This document shows, one piece after another, positions 26,030 through 37,300 of a stretch of 64,000 nt of DNA. The stretch lies in the IMG/VR virus record IMGVR_UViG_3300037011_001068, positions 41,757 through 105,756 of that record. One strand, given 5' to 3'. The DNA comes from a virus. The notes beneath the pieces are model-generated. The model saw only the letters and a program-made list of their open reading frames with translations. It was not told where the DNA came from and made no database searches. Every line of letters starts with the position of its first letter. Position 1 is the stretch's first letter. Position numbers and translations under genes: made by a program.

Positions 26030-29000
26030 GAAGTTTGTCCTTGCCAAGTGGAAGCAGCAGATCCCCGGTGGTCGCTCGAGTGGCAAGACGCCAGAGGATT
26101 TCGACCGGGAGCAGCTCGACGCTGGCCGGAAGGTGGAGATGGAGCACACGCGGGACCCGAAGCTTGCTACCGAGATTGCGATGGATCACTTGGCCGAGGA
26201 TAAGGACTACTACCGGAAGTTGAAGGTCATGGAAGCGAAAAAATCGGAGGATTCTAGCTTGCAGGGTGCGCTTGAGCGCTCTCTCGCGCAGCCGGTGGAA
26301 TTTCTGGATGGCTGGAGGGAGCTCGTGCCGGAGCTCGGGGCGGTGGTGTGGGGGGAATTCCAGAAGGCCTTCGGGCCGACAGCGGGAGCCGGGCCCGCGG
26401 CCGGGGGTGGAGCGCGGTCGCACAAGTATCTGAAGCGGGTTCCGTACAATTCCCCTGATGGGAAGCGTCATTATCGCTATTTTTACAAGGAGAGCGGTAT
26501 GACGCGGGAGACGGAAGCCGGGAGCGATGTGAAGCTCGGGCAGGGCATGGTGCATGTTCAGGCGGTGACTCCGGAAGGTCACGTTACGGTACAGGAGGAG
26601 GGGCAAGAAGCGCGGCAAATCAAGAGCCACGAGTGGCATGAGACGCTTGCGAAGCACTACGGGGAAGGCTATTTGAAGTCGGCCGAGAAGCGGGCCCGGC
26701 AGGTAATGAATGCGGTGCTCCGGCAGGTGCCGCGGAAGCTCCTCCAGGATCTTTTGGGCGAGACCGATGAAGCGCGGCTCGAGGATTTGAAGAAACGAGT
26801 GCCGGAGGTGTATCAGCGGCTCGATGAGTCTTTCAAGCGTGCAGGGATCTCTATTTTCCGGGCGAAGGAAATTCTGGGTGATGTTCTGCAGCGGCGGGGT
26901 TGGGAGCCGGATGCGCGGGCGGTAGTGATCGGGGCGGTGCTCACTGAGCAGGGCGTTAAGGCGGCAAGTGGGTATCGGAGCACCATGCGGGCGGCCGAGA
27001 ATTTGGCCGGCGACGGGCCGGTCCATGCTCAGCATGTCCAGGCGGCGCTTGAGCTCTGGGAATCCCCGGAGCCGAAGATTGAGGAACAGGCGACTCAAGA
27101 AGTAGGGCAGCTCCAGGCGCTCATGAAGGAGGCTTTCCAGGGAGGTGACCGGGCCAAAATAGCGGCGGTGCTCGCGCAGGCTTTGGCTTTTTCCTCGGAA
27201 GCTCTCCAGCAATTGTCCGCGGCAGGAATTGCTTACCCTGGCCTTTTGCAGGACCCGGTTATCAAAAAGGTGAGGGAAGCGCTCCTCCAGGTGCCGGCGG
27301 TAGCTCCGAAGGAAGCTCCCAGCTCGGATGGATCGGCGACGACGGTGTTCCTGGCTGGCGAGGGCGGGCAGGCGAAGGGCATGAAAGCCCACTACAAGCT
27401 CATGGAGGCCGAGGAAGCGATTGCCAGCCATGATCCCTCCAACGGGTTCAAGGTGAATTCCAAGTACCCTGAGGGTGTCCAGGAACGCGCGTATCACCGG
27501 GATTTTGGAGAACAGGATAAGGTGCGGCGAAATGCCAAGCGGCTTGAGCCGGCTTTTCTGGTTAACACGAATCCAGATGCGGTAAATGGGCCCCCGCTGA
27601 TCACTCATGATGGGATAGTCCTCGGCGGGAACAGCAGGACCATGAGCATGCAGCTCGCTTACCAGGAGCAGCCGGACCGGGCCGAGGCTCTTAAAAAGTA
27701 CCTCGGGGAGCACGCTCATGAGGTGGGTCTCCAAGCGGAGGATGTCCAGAAATTCAAGAATCCAATTTTGGTCCGTCAGCTTGAGCCTGCGAATTGGAGC
27801 AAGGAAGAGCTGCAATCGTTGGTCCGGAAGGCAAATGAATCTTTCACCCAGGCTATGGATCCGAGGGCGATGCAGGTAGCGCTCGCGAGAAAATTGGATG
27901 ACAAGGCGGTGGAGGCGCTATCGAGCGCGATGAACGAGGAGGAGACGCTTTCGGCGTTCCTTTCGAGCAAACGCGCAGAGCCTTTTCTAAAAAACCTCCG
28001 GCGAGTCGGTGTGATCGATGAGAGAAATGCTAATCAGTTTTTCTCTAGTAAAGGGGACAAACTGAACGAAGATGGAAAAACGCTCATCACGTGGATTCTG
28101 GTTGGGCGGATGGTGCCGGACGGGGACCTCCTGAATGAGACTCGCCCGAAGCTCATGGAGTCGGTCGCGCAGGCGGTTCCGAGCATGATCCACGCGATTG
28201 GGTTCGGCAAGGGTTATGACCTATCTGCATCTCTCCAGACGGCTATTCATGCGTACAATCGGATTCAGGATAAGATCGACAATGGAATTTTGAAGCCGTT
28301 AGATCCGGGCATGAGTGACAAAGACGTGAAGGTGATTCTGGACAACTATTTTTCGGATATGTTTGGCGAGAAGCACCCTATCCTTTCGGACGATCGCGCG
28401 CAGGAGCTCTTCAAGGTGTTCATTCGGAAGGCGGGCCCCAAGCAAATGGCCGGGGTGTTTCGAGAGTACGCGGACCTTGCTTCCAAAAATCCTGAAGGGC
28501 AGAAGCAGCTTTTGGGGGAGAATCTGTCTCCGGCTGAGGTGTTCAAGCGATCGATCGCTCTGGCATCGAAGAAGGAAAGCAAAGTGCAAAAGGCTTTATC
28601 TGGTGTACGCTTCATTTTAAAGAAGGCAGCGGGGCCTTTTATTGGCCCGCGCGGGGGCAAATGGGAAGATGCAGAGCACAAGATTTCCTGGAAGGATCGA
28701 GCGGATTATCACGATAGGGAAGTCCAGAAAATTAAACGGCGGTTGAGAGAGCGGCATGGTGGCGTTTTTTCCGAGTACGATGGATTGGGCGCGACAACCC
28801 CGAATAAATTGTTGATCGAGCGCGTTAAGCATAATGTCGCGGCAATGGCAGCGAGGAATTATCAGCGGGAGCCAACAAAAGAAGAGGTGGATTCCGCTGT
28901 AAAAGAAGCCACTAAGAAATGGGCCCCGCATAATCGAAGACTCCACGGGGTTGAAAAGAGCTTGACGAAGGCTGGTGGTCCTTATATTGGGCCCAAGGGT

Positions 29001-32000
29001 GGGAAGTGGGCGGACGTGAAGCATACCCAGCATTGGGATCCGGACGCTCCCAAGAGTGAGAAGAAAATCTATGTAATCGACGCTACAAAGAAAAAGGAGG
29101 AGGCGAAGCCGGCGGAACCAGAGAAAAAGCCAGAGAAGAAAGAGGAGCTGAAGGGTGAGGAGAAGGGAAAGACTCGCCAGCAAATGCTTCTTTTTTCAAA
29201 GCCTACGGCGGCTAAGCCTAAGGAAGAGCCAAAGGTGCAGACTATCCAGGAGAAGGCCGCGGAGCTCGGCGTGAAAGCTAAGGCGGCAGGCCTTCCGGGG
29301 AGCCCGGGAAAAGATGGGGAGCTTATGAAGCTTGTGGAGAAGCTATCCAGCAAAGAAACCCAGGATGCTCTTGTCGCTTGGATGGGCGCGCATGAGAAGA
29401 CCCCAGCGAAGTCTATAGAGAAGCCAAAGGAGGAACCTGAGAAGCCCAAAGAAGCCCCCGCGCCGGAACCGAAGGCGGAGGAGCCTGAGAAGCCGAAGTT
29501 CACGCTGGTCGCTCCCTCGGAGAAGGCGGAGGTGAAGGACAACATGACGGCAGCGGACGAGAAGATCGCGCAAGAGGTTGGAGAGCACGTCTGGGGTGCG
29601 CGGAAAGATCTCTGGGTAGCGCGAACCTCTGCAGACCTTCAGAAGCTCACCCCAGAAGAGCAGAGCAAAATCTCGACTAAAAAGAATCTCCTTCCGAAAT
29701 GGGAGACGGATACTTTGCTGGATGATGGGTGGGAGCCTGAAGCGATCGTGATGCGGCACGCGATCGAGAGCCTTGTTCAGAATGCACCTGGGAATACTTT
29801 GGAAGCGCGACAAGCGTACATGGACGGCATTGATTTTTTGGCGAAGAGCTTGGAAGAGTGCAGGACGCTCGAGGATATCAAGGGCTTTCTGGCTGATTGG
29901 GAGCATCTCCTTTTGAGGCAACGACGTGAAGCTACCCTGTCTATCGATGAGGCAGGGAAAGCGGTGGATGATTATTTTGAACATAAGCTAGGTAAGAAGC
30001 CTCCCAAAAATTACAAAGAGCGGAAGGAGCTTGATGATCGTTTTCGAGAGGCAAGAAGCAATAAATATCATGCGGCGTCTGTTGGGGACGCTGATTGGAA
30101 TAAATGGCTTATTAAAGAGCAGGAAATTGATAAAGAGAGGCGGGAAGCTCTCGATAATCAAAAATTTCAGATTGATGACGTGGTGGCTTGGAAGCTTAAT
30201 TTGCCCAAGCATGATCTCACTCTTCGGTTTGAGGAGAACGGGATCACAACCGTTTATCGGGCAGATCCAGAAATTGCGAAAGGGAAGGATAATCCCTACG
30301 CGCTAATGGCGGCGGCGCTCGGGGAACGGGTTGTGAAAGGGCTAGTGCGTAAATATCAAATAACGCGGCCGAAAGCGCTCATGGATGCAGAGCGTAGGGT
30401 TCGGAAGATGCAGGAGCTCGGGAGCGAGGAAAAGGAAAAGGAGCTTTTCGAGCACCTTCAGCAAAAGCAGCGGAAGGGCGGCCAGAGAATGAAGCCCTTC
30501 AAGTGGGAGCGGAATGTCCCTGGGGAGGTGGATCGTAAAGGTGGAAAGCCTGTCACTGCGGCAGATCCAAAAGCGCTTGCTTCGGATTTCAAATTCAAAA
30601 ACGTGCAATTCGGGAATTGGGTGAACGAACAAGATGCGGAAAGCCACCTAAAAGGGGCGCATGGAGCGCTCTTTGACTTGTCCGATGTGCTCGGGATTTC
30701 CCCAGAGGTGATTTCTTTGGGTGGTCGATTATCGATTGCCTTCGGTGCTCGAGGAAGTGGGAATGCTCTCGCGCACTACGAGACCATGGGAAAAATCATT
30801 AACCTCACGAAGATAAAGGGCTGCGGATCCCTCGCGCATGAGTGGGGTCATGCGCTCGATAATCTCTTGACCGTGATGGGTAACCCGCAAGGAACAGCGG
30901 CTCATCAATTTATCTCTGGCGGTGTGACAGCGGGTGTTCCTCAGGCGGTATCGGATGCCATGGAAGGGGTGATGGGGGCGATCCACTACAAGGATCCCTC
31001 GGTTCTTCAAAAGCGAAATAGAGCGCAGGATATGACGCAGCGGTGGGATTCTCTGAGCTACAAGGAGCGCCAGGAGCTCCGGCAGTTGCATAAAGAAATT
31101 GGGGCAGCCGAGCAGAGCCGTTATTTTCAAGACGCTTCCGTGTTTTCCAAGGCTCCGAATAGTTATTGGACGCGCCCGCACGAGCTTTTTGCGCGTGCTT
31201 TTGAGTCTTACGTGGAAGATACGCTTGTGGAAGCGAATCGAAAATCAAGTTACTTGGTCTCCGGGACTCGGGATCCTTATGAGACTGGGCGGCACAGCGC
31301 GGCATCGGGGGAGGAACACGCGCAAACCTTTCCTCAAGGGGAGGAGCGCAAGGGCATCAACAAAGCAATCCAGAAATTGATCGGTGTGCTCAAGCAAGAG
31401 AAAGCGCTCGAGAAGGCCTTACAGGCGCTTGAGGCGCAAGAAAGGAACTGTGCTATGAGTAGGATACTTTCCATTGATGAGTACCTTGCGAAGGCCGAGC
31501 AGGGGCTTCCCAAGGGGGAGCCAGGGTTGACGGACAGCGAGAAGGACGGAGGTGAGCTCGCGGGAGTCGGCCAGGCGTCTGGAGCGACGAGCGGGAGCGC
31601 GGGGAGTGAAATCGGTGCGCCTGTCCCGAAGACCAAAAAGCTCTCCGAGGATGACGAGGAAGACGAGGAACAAATGAAGCCGGGCAAGAAGCCTCTGGAG
31701 GCCTCGGTGGGGAAGTCCATGGCGGTTCCCCAGCATCAGCGGGATCTGGTAGCGCATGAGAACGCGCAGGTGGTCTCCCAGCTCCGGAAGGGCGAGGAGG
31801 ATATCGTGGTCGGTATGGGGCAGGTGCTTCCGGAGGAGCTGGCGCCGGAGGGCGAGAAGACGAAATTCTGGACCCAGGGAGAAAAGGCCATGATCGTATA
31901 CTCGAACGCGCTCGACATCCGGACCGAGAAGCTTCTGAAGGGGGATGCCTTCTATGCGAATGGCGAGCCCTCGGTGGGCATGGGTAATGCACTCATGGCT

Positions 32001-32207
32001 TCTCATCGACGGTGCTCTCAGTGCGAGCGGATGCTTTTGAAGAGCCTTTCTGCGTGCCCACACTGTGGGTTTGGCGCGCAGCTCCTCGCGGTGCAGCCAA
32101 TGGCATTTGAGGGCCGATCGCGAATCGAGAAGGGAATACATCCGTTGCAGCCGGCGCGGCATGAAGCGGATCTTGTGCTCCCTCAGGGGACCAAAGTGGC
32201 GAGGTGA
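26001..32207 (+). CDS. giant polyvalent protein: DUF5661-like, ddrB-like ParB, LPD1 (HExxH)
   Basis: VEMEHT..EIAMDHL.E..DYY; IASHD..QER..NGPP..GGNSR; QFGNW..LSIAFGARG..AHY..SLAHEWGHALD..ELFARAFE. Confidence 0.8.
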   Translation: MRASINRKFEKFVLAKWKQQIPGGRSSGKTPEDFDREQLDAGRKVEMEHTRDPKLATEIAMDHLAEDKDYYRKLKVMEAKKSEDSSLQGALERSLAQPVEFLDGWRELVPELGAVVWGEFQKAFGPTAGAGPAAGGGARSHKYLKRVPYNSPDGKRHYRYFYKESGMTRETEAGSDVKLGQGMVHVQAVTPEGHVTVQEEGQEARQIKSHEWHETLAKHYGEGYLKSAEKRARQVMNAVLRQVPRKLLQDLLGETDEARLEDLKKRVPEVYQRLDESFKRAGISIFRAKEILGDVLQRRGWEPDARAVVIGAVLTEQGVKAASGYRSTMRAAENLAGDGPVHAQHVQAALELWESPEPKIEEQATQEVGQLQALMKEAFQGGDRAKIAAVLAQALAFSSEALQQLSAAGIAYPGLLQDPVIKKVREALLQVPAVAPKEAPSSDGSATTVFLAGEGGQAKGMKAHYKLMEAEEAIASHDPSNGFKVNSKYPEGVQERAYHRDFGEQDKVRRNAKRLEPAFLVNTNPDAVNGPPLITHDGIVLGGNSRTMSMQLAYQEQPDRAEALKKYLGEHAHEVGLQAEDVQKFKNPILVRQLEPANWSKEELQSLVRKANESFTQAMDPRAMQVALARKLDDKAVEALSSAMNEEETLSAFLSSKRAEPFLKNLRRVGVIDERNANQFFSSKGDKLNEDGKTLITWILVGRMVPDGDLLNETRPKLMESVAQAVPSMIHAIGFGKGYDLSASLQTAIHAYNRIQDKIDNGILKPLDPGMSDKDVKVILDNYFSDMFGEKHPILSDDRAQELFKVFIRKAGPKQMAGVFREYADLASKNPEGQKQLLGENLSPAEVFKRSIALASKKESKVQKALSGVRFILKKAAGPFIGPRGGKWEDAEHKISWKDRADYHDREVQKIKRRLRERHGGVFSEYDGLGATTPNKLLIERVKHNVAAMAARNYQREPTKEEVDSAVKEATKKWAPHNRRLHGVEKSLTKAGGPYIGPKGGKWADVKHTQHWDPDAPKSEKKIYVIDATKKKEEAKPAEPEKKPEKKEELKGEEKGKTRQQMLLFSKPTAAKPKEEPKVQTIQEKAAELGVKAKAAGLPGSPGKDGELMKLVEKLSSKETQDALVAWMGAHEKTPAKSIEKPKEEPEKPKEAPAPEPKAEEPEKPKFTLVAPSEKAEVKDNMTAADEKIAQEVGEHVWGARKDLWVARTSADLQKLTPEEQSKISTKKNLLPKWETDTLLDDGWEPEAIVMRHAIESLVQNAPGNTLEARQAYMDGIDFLAKSLEECRTLEDIKGFLADWEHLLLRQRREATLSIDEAGKAVDDYFEHKLGKKPPKNYKERKELDDRFREARSNKYHAASVGDADWNKWLIKEQEIDKERREALDNQKFQIDDVVAWKLNLPKHDLTLRFEENGITTVYRADPEIAKGKDNPYALMAAALGERVVKGLVRKYQITRPKALMDAERRVRKMQELGSEEKEKELFEHLQQKQRKGGQRMKPFKWERNVPGEVDRKGGKPVTAADPKALASDFKFKNVQFGNWVNEQDAESHLKGAHGALFDLSDVLGISPEVISLGGRLSIAFGARGSGNALAHYETMGKIINLTKIKGCGSLAHEWGHALDNLLTVMGNPQGTAAHQFISGGVTAGVPQAVSDAMEGVMGAIHYKDPSVLQKRNRAQDMTQRWDSLSYKERQELRQLHKEIGAAEQSRYFQDASVFSKAPNSYWTRPHELFARAFESYVEDTLVEANRKSSYLVSGTRDPYETGRHSAASGEEHAQTFPQGEERKGINKAIQKLIGVLKQEKALEKALQALEAQERNCAMSRILSIDEYLAKAEQGLPKGEPGLTDSEKDGGELAGVGQASGATSGSAGSEIGAPVPKTKKLSEDDEEDEEQMKPGKKPLEASVGKSMAVPQHQRDLVAHENAQVVSQLRKGEEDIVVGMGQVLPEELAPEGEKTKFWTQGEKAMIVYSNALDIRTEKLLKGDAFYANGEPSVGMGNALMASHRRCSQCERMLLKSLSACPHCGFGAQLLAVQPMAFEGRSRIEKGIHPLQPARHEADLVLPQGTKVAR

Positions 32208-33988
32208 TAAGCATGAGCTTTTTCGAGGACTTCACGGGGTTCGGGCTGACCACGCTCGGGGCCCTGGGTGGCATGGTGCAGGAGTGGGCGCAAGGCGCGT
32301 TATTAAAAGGTCCGGAAGGATCGGATGAAGAAGAAAAGCGCAGCTCGCAAGGCTCGGATACTGCCCCCGGCGGTAAGCGAGCGGACAGCGCGGAGTCAAA
32401 TCCTGTTCCAGAGGAGAAGGCCTCAAGCGACCCAAAGGCGCTTTTTTGGGATCCCTTCGCGATTATTGAGCAGTTGGGCTACAAGGACAGGCCTTCGCAA
32501 ATCAGCTATGGAACGCTGAAAGCGATGGCCTGGAAAACCCCTATCGCGCACGCGGTCATCCAGACACGGGTGAATCAAATTTCTGGATTTAGTCATGTGC
32601 AACATGATCGGTATCAGATGGGTTTTCGGATTAAAACCCGTGAGACTGAGAAAGAGCCCACGAAGGCGGAGCGAAAATGGATCCAGCAAATGGAATCTGT
32701 GATATTGCGGACAGGTGTCACGGATCATCCGAGGGGGCGAGACGGCTTCAAAGAGTTTCTCAAAAAAGTTACCTGGGATTCCCTTGTGTACGATCAAATG
32801 TGCTTTGAAATCGTGCAGAATCGCAAAGGGCAGCCGGCGGAGTGGTATGCGGTGGACGGTGCCACCATTCGGCGGGCCGACACGGCGAGTACCTTCACGG
32901 ACGAGGATCATACGAAGGCTATCCGGTATGTGCAGATCTACGACGGACTTGTAATCGCGGAGTACACTCAGGATGAACTATGTTTCGCAATTCGGAATCC
33001 CAGGACGGATATTCGGCTTTTTGGGTATGGCATTTCTGAGCTTGAAATGCTTGTGCCGGCGGTAACCTGTATCCTCTATGCCTGGGAGTACAATCAGCGT
33101 TTTTTCAGCCAGGGGTCAGCGGCGAAGGGAATCATTAACTTCAAGGGTGCGGTTCCAGAAAAGCAACTGCAGTCTTTTCGCCGCCACTGGTATCAAATGA
33201 TTTCAGGCGTTGAAAATGCATGGAGAACGCCTGTCACAAATGCCGAGGATCTCCAGTACATTAATCTCCAGCAATCCAGCCGGGACATGGAGTACAATTC
33301 TTGGATGGATTTTTTGATCAAGGTGGTTTGCGCGATGTATGCCATGGATCCGGCAGAGCTCAATTTCAAGTACGGGAACGTTGGGCAGCGTGGAGGGCTT
33401 CAGGAGAGCTCCAATCGGGAGAAAATTACGGAGAGCAAAGAGCGGGGTCTCAGGCCGCTTCTCCGGTTCATCGCGGATGCCATCAATTTGCACCTTATCT
33501 GGCCCATCAACGAAAATTTTGAATTTGATTTTGTGGGCCTGGACGCGCAAACCAAGGATGAAATGGCCGAGCTTTCTGCAAAGCAGGTGCGCGTATATAA
33601 AACTGTGGATGAGATTCGCGCGCAGGACGATCTTCCTCCACTTCCGGATGGCCTCGGAGAAGTGCTGCTCGACCCCACGTGGTATCAGTACGCTCAGCAA
33701 AAGCAGGCGCAGGCGCAGCAAGCAGAGAACCCCCAGGGACAAATGGGGGAAGGTGAGCCAGAGGGCGGAGCTCCTGGCGGGGAGCAGGGCGGTGAAGAGC
33801 AGGGAGGGGGAATGGACTTCAAAAAGCTCCTCCAGCAGTACGGGCAAGGCGGGGGAGAGAAGCCGGAGGGCGGGAGCAAGAATGCGGTAGAGCCTGCGAA
33901 GCCTGCGGTTCCGGCTAAGGCAGCAGCTCCTCAAGTAGCGAAGAGCTTCGGGCAAGGCAAGAAAATTTTTATCGATCTAACCCTGTGA
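32204..33988 (+). CDS. portal protein
   Basis: DSLVYDQMCFE, NPRTD..GYGISELE, DMEYNSW, MDPAEL, GLRPLL as in SPO1/K-type portals. Confidence 0.9.
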   Translation: MISMSFFEDFTGFGLTTLGALGGMVQEWAQGALLKGPEGSDEEEKRSSQGSDTAPGGKRADSAESNPVPEEKASSDPKALFWDPFAIIEQLGYKDRPSQISYGTLKAMAWKTPIAHAVIQTRVNQISGFSHVQHDRYQMGFRIKTRETEKEPTKAERKWIQQMESVILRTGVTDHPRGRDGFKEFLKKVTWDSLVYDQMCFEIVQNRKGQPAEWYAVDGATIRRADTASTFTDEDHTKAIRYVQIYDGLVIAEYTQDELCFAIRNPRTDIRLFGYGISELEMLVPAVTCILYAWEYNQRFFSQGSAAKGIINFKGAVPEKQLQSFRRHWYQMISGVENAWRTPVTNAEDLQYINLQQSSRDMEYNSWMDFLIKVVCAMYAMDPAELNFKYGNVGQRGGLQESSNREKITESKERGLRPLLRFIADAINLHLIWPINENFEFDFVGLDAQTKDEMAELSAKQVRVYKTVDEIRAQDDLPPLPDGLGEVLLDPTWYQYAQQKQAQAQQAENPQGQMGEGEPEGGAPGGEQGGEEQGGGMDFKKLLQQYGQGGGEKPEGGSKNAVEPAKPAVPAKAAAPQVAKSFGQGKKIFIDLTL

Positions 33989-33995
33989 GGATCCC

Positions 33996-34382
33996 ATGCG
34001 AATCAAGGATAAAGTGAACATCCGCATTGCGAAAGAAGCTGAATTTAAGAACATTTTATTCGGCCCGGACGATGCGCTTGCTGAGCGGGTGGTGGACTCG
34101 TGGGCAAGATACGCTTCAGGAAATCTTTCCATCGACGCCGGGGAGACTGAATCTCTCTCCTTTGGGGATGTGACCACGGTCAAGGGGATGTACCTGGAGG
34201 TGACCGGGGAATGCCAGCTCGTGATCAATGGAGCGGATCCCATCCAACTGCGAAAGAGCGGGACGGATGCGGCTCTGATTGCGAAAGTCTTTATCGAGGC
34301 GGATATCTCTTCGGTTACGCTCACGGCTCCCCTTACGGTAGCGGTGACGGGGATCTATTGCTTTTGGGGCGATAGTGTTTGA
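33996..34382 (+). CDS. hypothetical beta-rich virion protein
   Basis: position in head module. Confidence 0.65.
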   Translation: MRIKDKVNIRIAKEAEFKNILFGPDDALAERVVDSWARYASGNLSIDAGETESLSFGDVTTVKGMYLEVTGECQLVINGADPIQLRKSGTDAALIAKVFIEADISSVTLTAPLTVAVTGIYCFWGDSV

Positions 34383-34395
34383 TGGAGGATAAGTT

Positions 34396-37300
34396 ATGCG
34401 GCTGCAGCTCGAGGCTACCGCGGAAGAGCTTTCCACAAAGAGCGAGGATCTCTTAGAGGCAATCCAGCAATTGGTTAGGCCTTATTCGGAAGATCTTGCC
34501 GACAAGCTTGAGAAGGCGCTTCCGGAGAAAGAAGAGAGTCTCAAATTTCCTGTGCTGCAGGAGCTAGAAAATCGAGTTGAAAACCTGTATAAAGAGCATG
34601 TGGGGGCGATGATCGAGGAGATTTTTGCTGTGCTGCAGGACAATGCTAAAAAAAGCGAAGGGGGGCTTGAGAAGGCGGGAGGTCCATTTATTGGACCCAA
34701 GGGGGGCATGTGGGCTGATCCAGAGCACACAGAGCACTGGGATCCGGATGCGAAGCATGAAAGTGGGGGCGAAAAAAAGCCTGAGCACAAAAAGGCAGAA
34801 GAGAAGGTGCCGGAATTTTATTCGGATGATGTCGCAACAAAGAAGCTAGAAGAAATCGGCGATTCTCTTTATGACATGCAGACGGATATGCATGATGTTC
34901 TCGACAAGACGGGTCTCTCTTTGCATGATTACACTGCATGGGCTTCTGTTAAAGGTAACTTGAACAAGATGAAGTTTCTCTTGTCCAAGTACAAGAAGCA
35001 AATCAGCTATGGTTGGGGAGAAGAGGAATACCACAAACTTGGCCTCGGGCAAGCCCCCCTGGGTTCCGAGGTAAAGCCATTTTATCAGCAGAATTACGGG
35101 TCTCTTTCTCTTCCGGTGAACGGATTTATTCAGAAGCCTGCATTCAAAGATTATCTTGCTTACCACCAGGCGCTCAAGTCCAAAGGGTTTGTAAGCTACG
35201 ATGGAACCGCCTGGTTCATTTATAAGAAGCGTCTTGCTGATTTTCCTTGGAAAGAATACGTCCAGAAAATGGCGGAATTTGGCATCAAGGTGCCGGAGAA
35301 GATGCCAGAGCCGCCACCACAAAAAGAATTCCCGAAGGATCCAGCAATTGGGCTCTCGGTCAGTGGAAGCACGGTTGATCAAGTTATCGCGGGAATATTG
35401 CACAAGCAGGTGCATGACAAGCTCGCGGTCAAACGAAGCAAGGATGGAAAATTCTCTTTCTACTACCCTTACACCCCAGCGCTGAATGATTTATTTTCCA
35501 ATAAAGCTGGGAATCTCACGGGAATCACGAAGTACAATCCAGAAAATCATGCACGAGAGACTTTCCAGCTCGAGCTTGTAGAAGAGGCGATTGAGAAGAT
35601 CAAGAAGCTTGCTCCTGAGCTAGAAATTGTGACTGAAGGCGTCTCTGAAGCGCGAATCGAGAAGGATGCGGAAATTGCTGAGCTCCAGAAGCCTATCCCG
35701 GAGGTAGCGAAGCTCATCAATCCAAAATATAAGCTGTATCCCTACCAGAATGAATGCGTGCGATTTCTGGACAAGGCAAAGGGGAATGCGCTTATCGGAG
35801 ATGAGATGGGGCTCGGGAAGACGCTCGAGACGCTCGCGTGGTGTGCAAAAAACGGAAAAAAGGTTGTGGTAGTTACTCCCCGAGTCGTTCGGCGGACGTG
35901 GCTCCAAGAATCCGTGAAATTCTTTCCTGGGTATTTCAAGGGCGTTGAGCTTGTCTCTTCCGACATCAAGAAGGGGAAGGTTCCGGACCTTTCCGATGCG
36001 AATATAGTGACTGTTAATTATGAGAGCCTCAGCAAGTTTCTTCCGCAGATTCAAGCTGCGGGGTTTGATACTATTATAGTTGATGAATCTCATCGCATGA
36101 AGAACCCAAAAGCAAAGGCGACGCAATCTATTCAGGCGGTCGCCAAGCTTCCGACCATGAAGCATCGCATTTTGCTCTCTGGTACAGCCATCAAGAACAA
36201 AAAGGAGGAGCTTTATACTCAGTTGGGTCTGGTCGCTCCCGGGAAGTTTTCTAAGGAGGCGCTCAAGTACGGGACGATCGGCGGTCTCTGGATGGACATG
36301 CGCTCTGTCTACTTGGCCCGGCAGAAGAGCCTTGTCCTGAAGGATCTCCCGGAAAAAACCACTCAGATCATTGAGCACCCCTCGAAAAAAGGAGTACCGG
36401 ATCTAGATGAGCTGGCAGATCTTTCTCCTCAGGAAAAGATCGGTCGATTTTCTCAAATGAAAGCGGAGATTGCGGTTCATAAGGCGCCAGAGACGCTTGA
36501 ATTCGTGAAGGAGATTCTGGAGAGCTCGGATTCAAAGGTCGTTCTCTTCTCCGATTCGGTGGAAGCGGCACACTACCTGGCTGATCAACTGGGGGACGTG
36601 GCGCTCCTCCACACGGGGGAGATGAGCCTCGACAAGCAGGAGGCGCTCAAAAAGGAATTTGAGCGGCAGGATGAGGAGGGGAATTTCATCTCTCCGAAGC
36701 GCGTTTTTGTCGCGACGCGGCAGTCTCTCGCGGTAGGGGCGACGTTGGTTGCGGCCGATAAGGTGGTGTTCAACGATTTGCCCTGGACCACCGCGGATAT
36801 CCGGCAGGCGGAGGATCGGTGTCATCGGATCGGCCAGAAAAATGCGGTGACGGTTTATTGGTCAAAGCTCGGGGGCAACGCATTTGACGAGAACATCATT
36901 AGTATCCTGAAGAGGAAGTTTGAGCTCTCCAAGAAGGTGAACCAAGGCCAACAACTGACCAAGGAAGAAGTCGCCTGGCAAAATAAGTCCATCACACTGA
37001 ACGAGGTGCTCGCGCAGTACCAGGGCGACAAGGCCGGGCCCGGGAAGACTTCTTCGCTGGGTCCTTCCCTCCCAGAATTGGGAGAACAGGGGGAGATTCT
37101 TCCCCCAGTCAAGGAGAAGGCCTTGGAGGCGCTTCCCGTGCCCGTGGAGGAGCCTAAGCTTTCAAAGCCGGGGGTGAATACCCCCCAGAAGATGGAAGCT
37201 CCCAAAGAGGCTCCTAAGGCTCCTCCGGCGATTTCTGTGGGGACGCTTGATCCTCTGGTGCTGGGAGCTGGTGGGAAGATCGAAGAGAGCAAGATCAATC

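Noticed and set aside
25914-27815. Long minus-strand ORFs (also 38555-39598, 43434-45209)
   Set aside because: Antisense shadows of well-supported + strand genes with no recognisable motifs.
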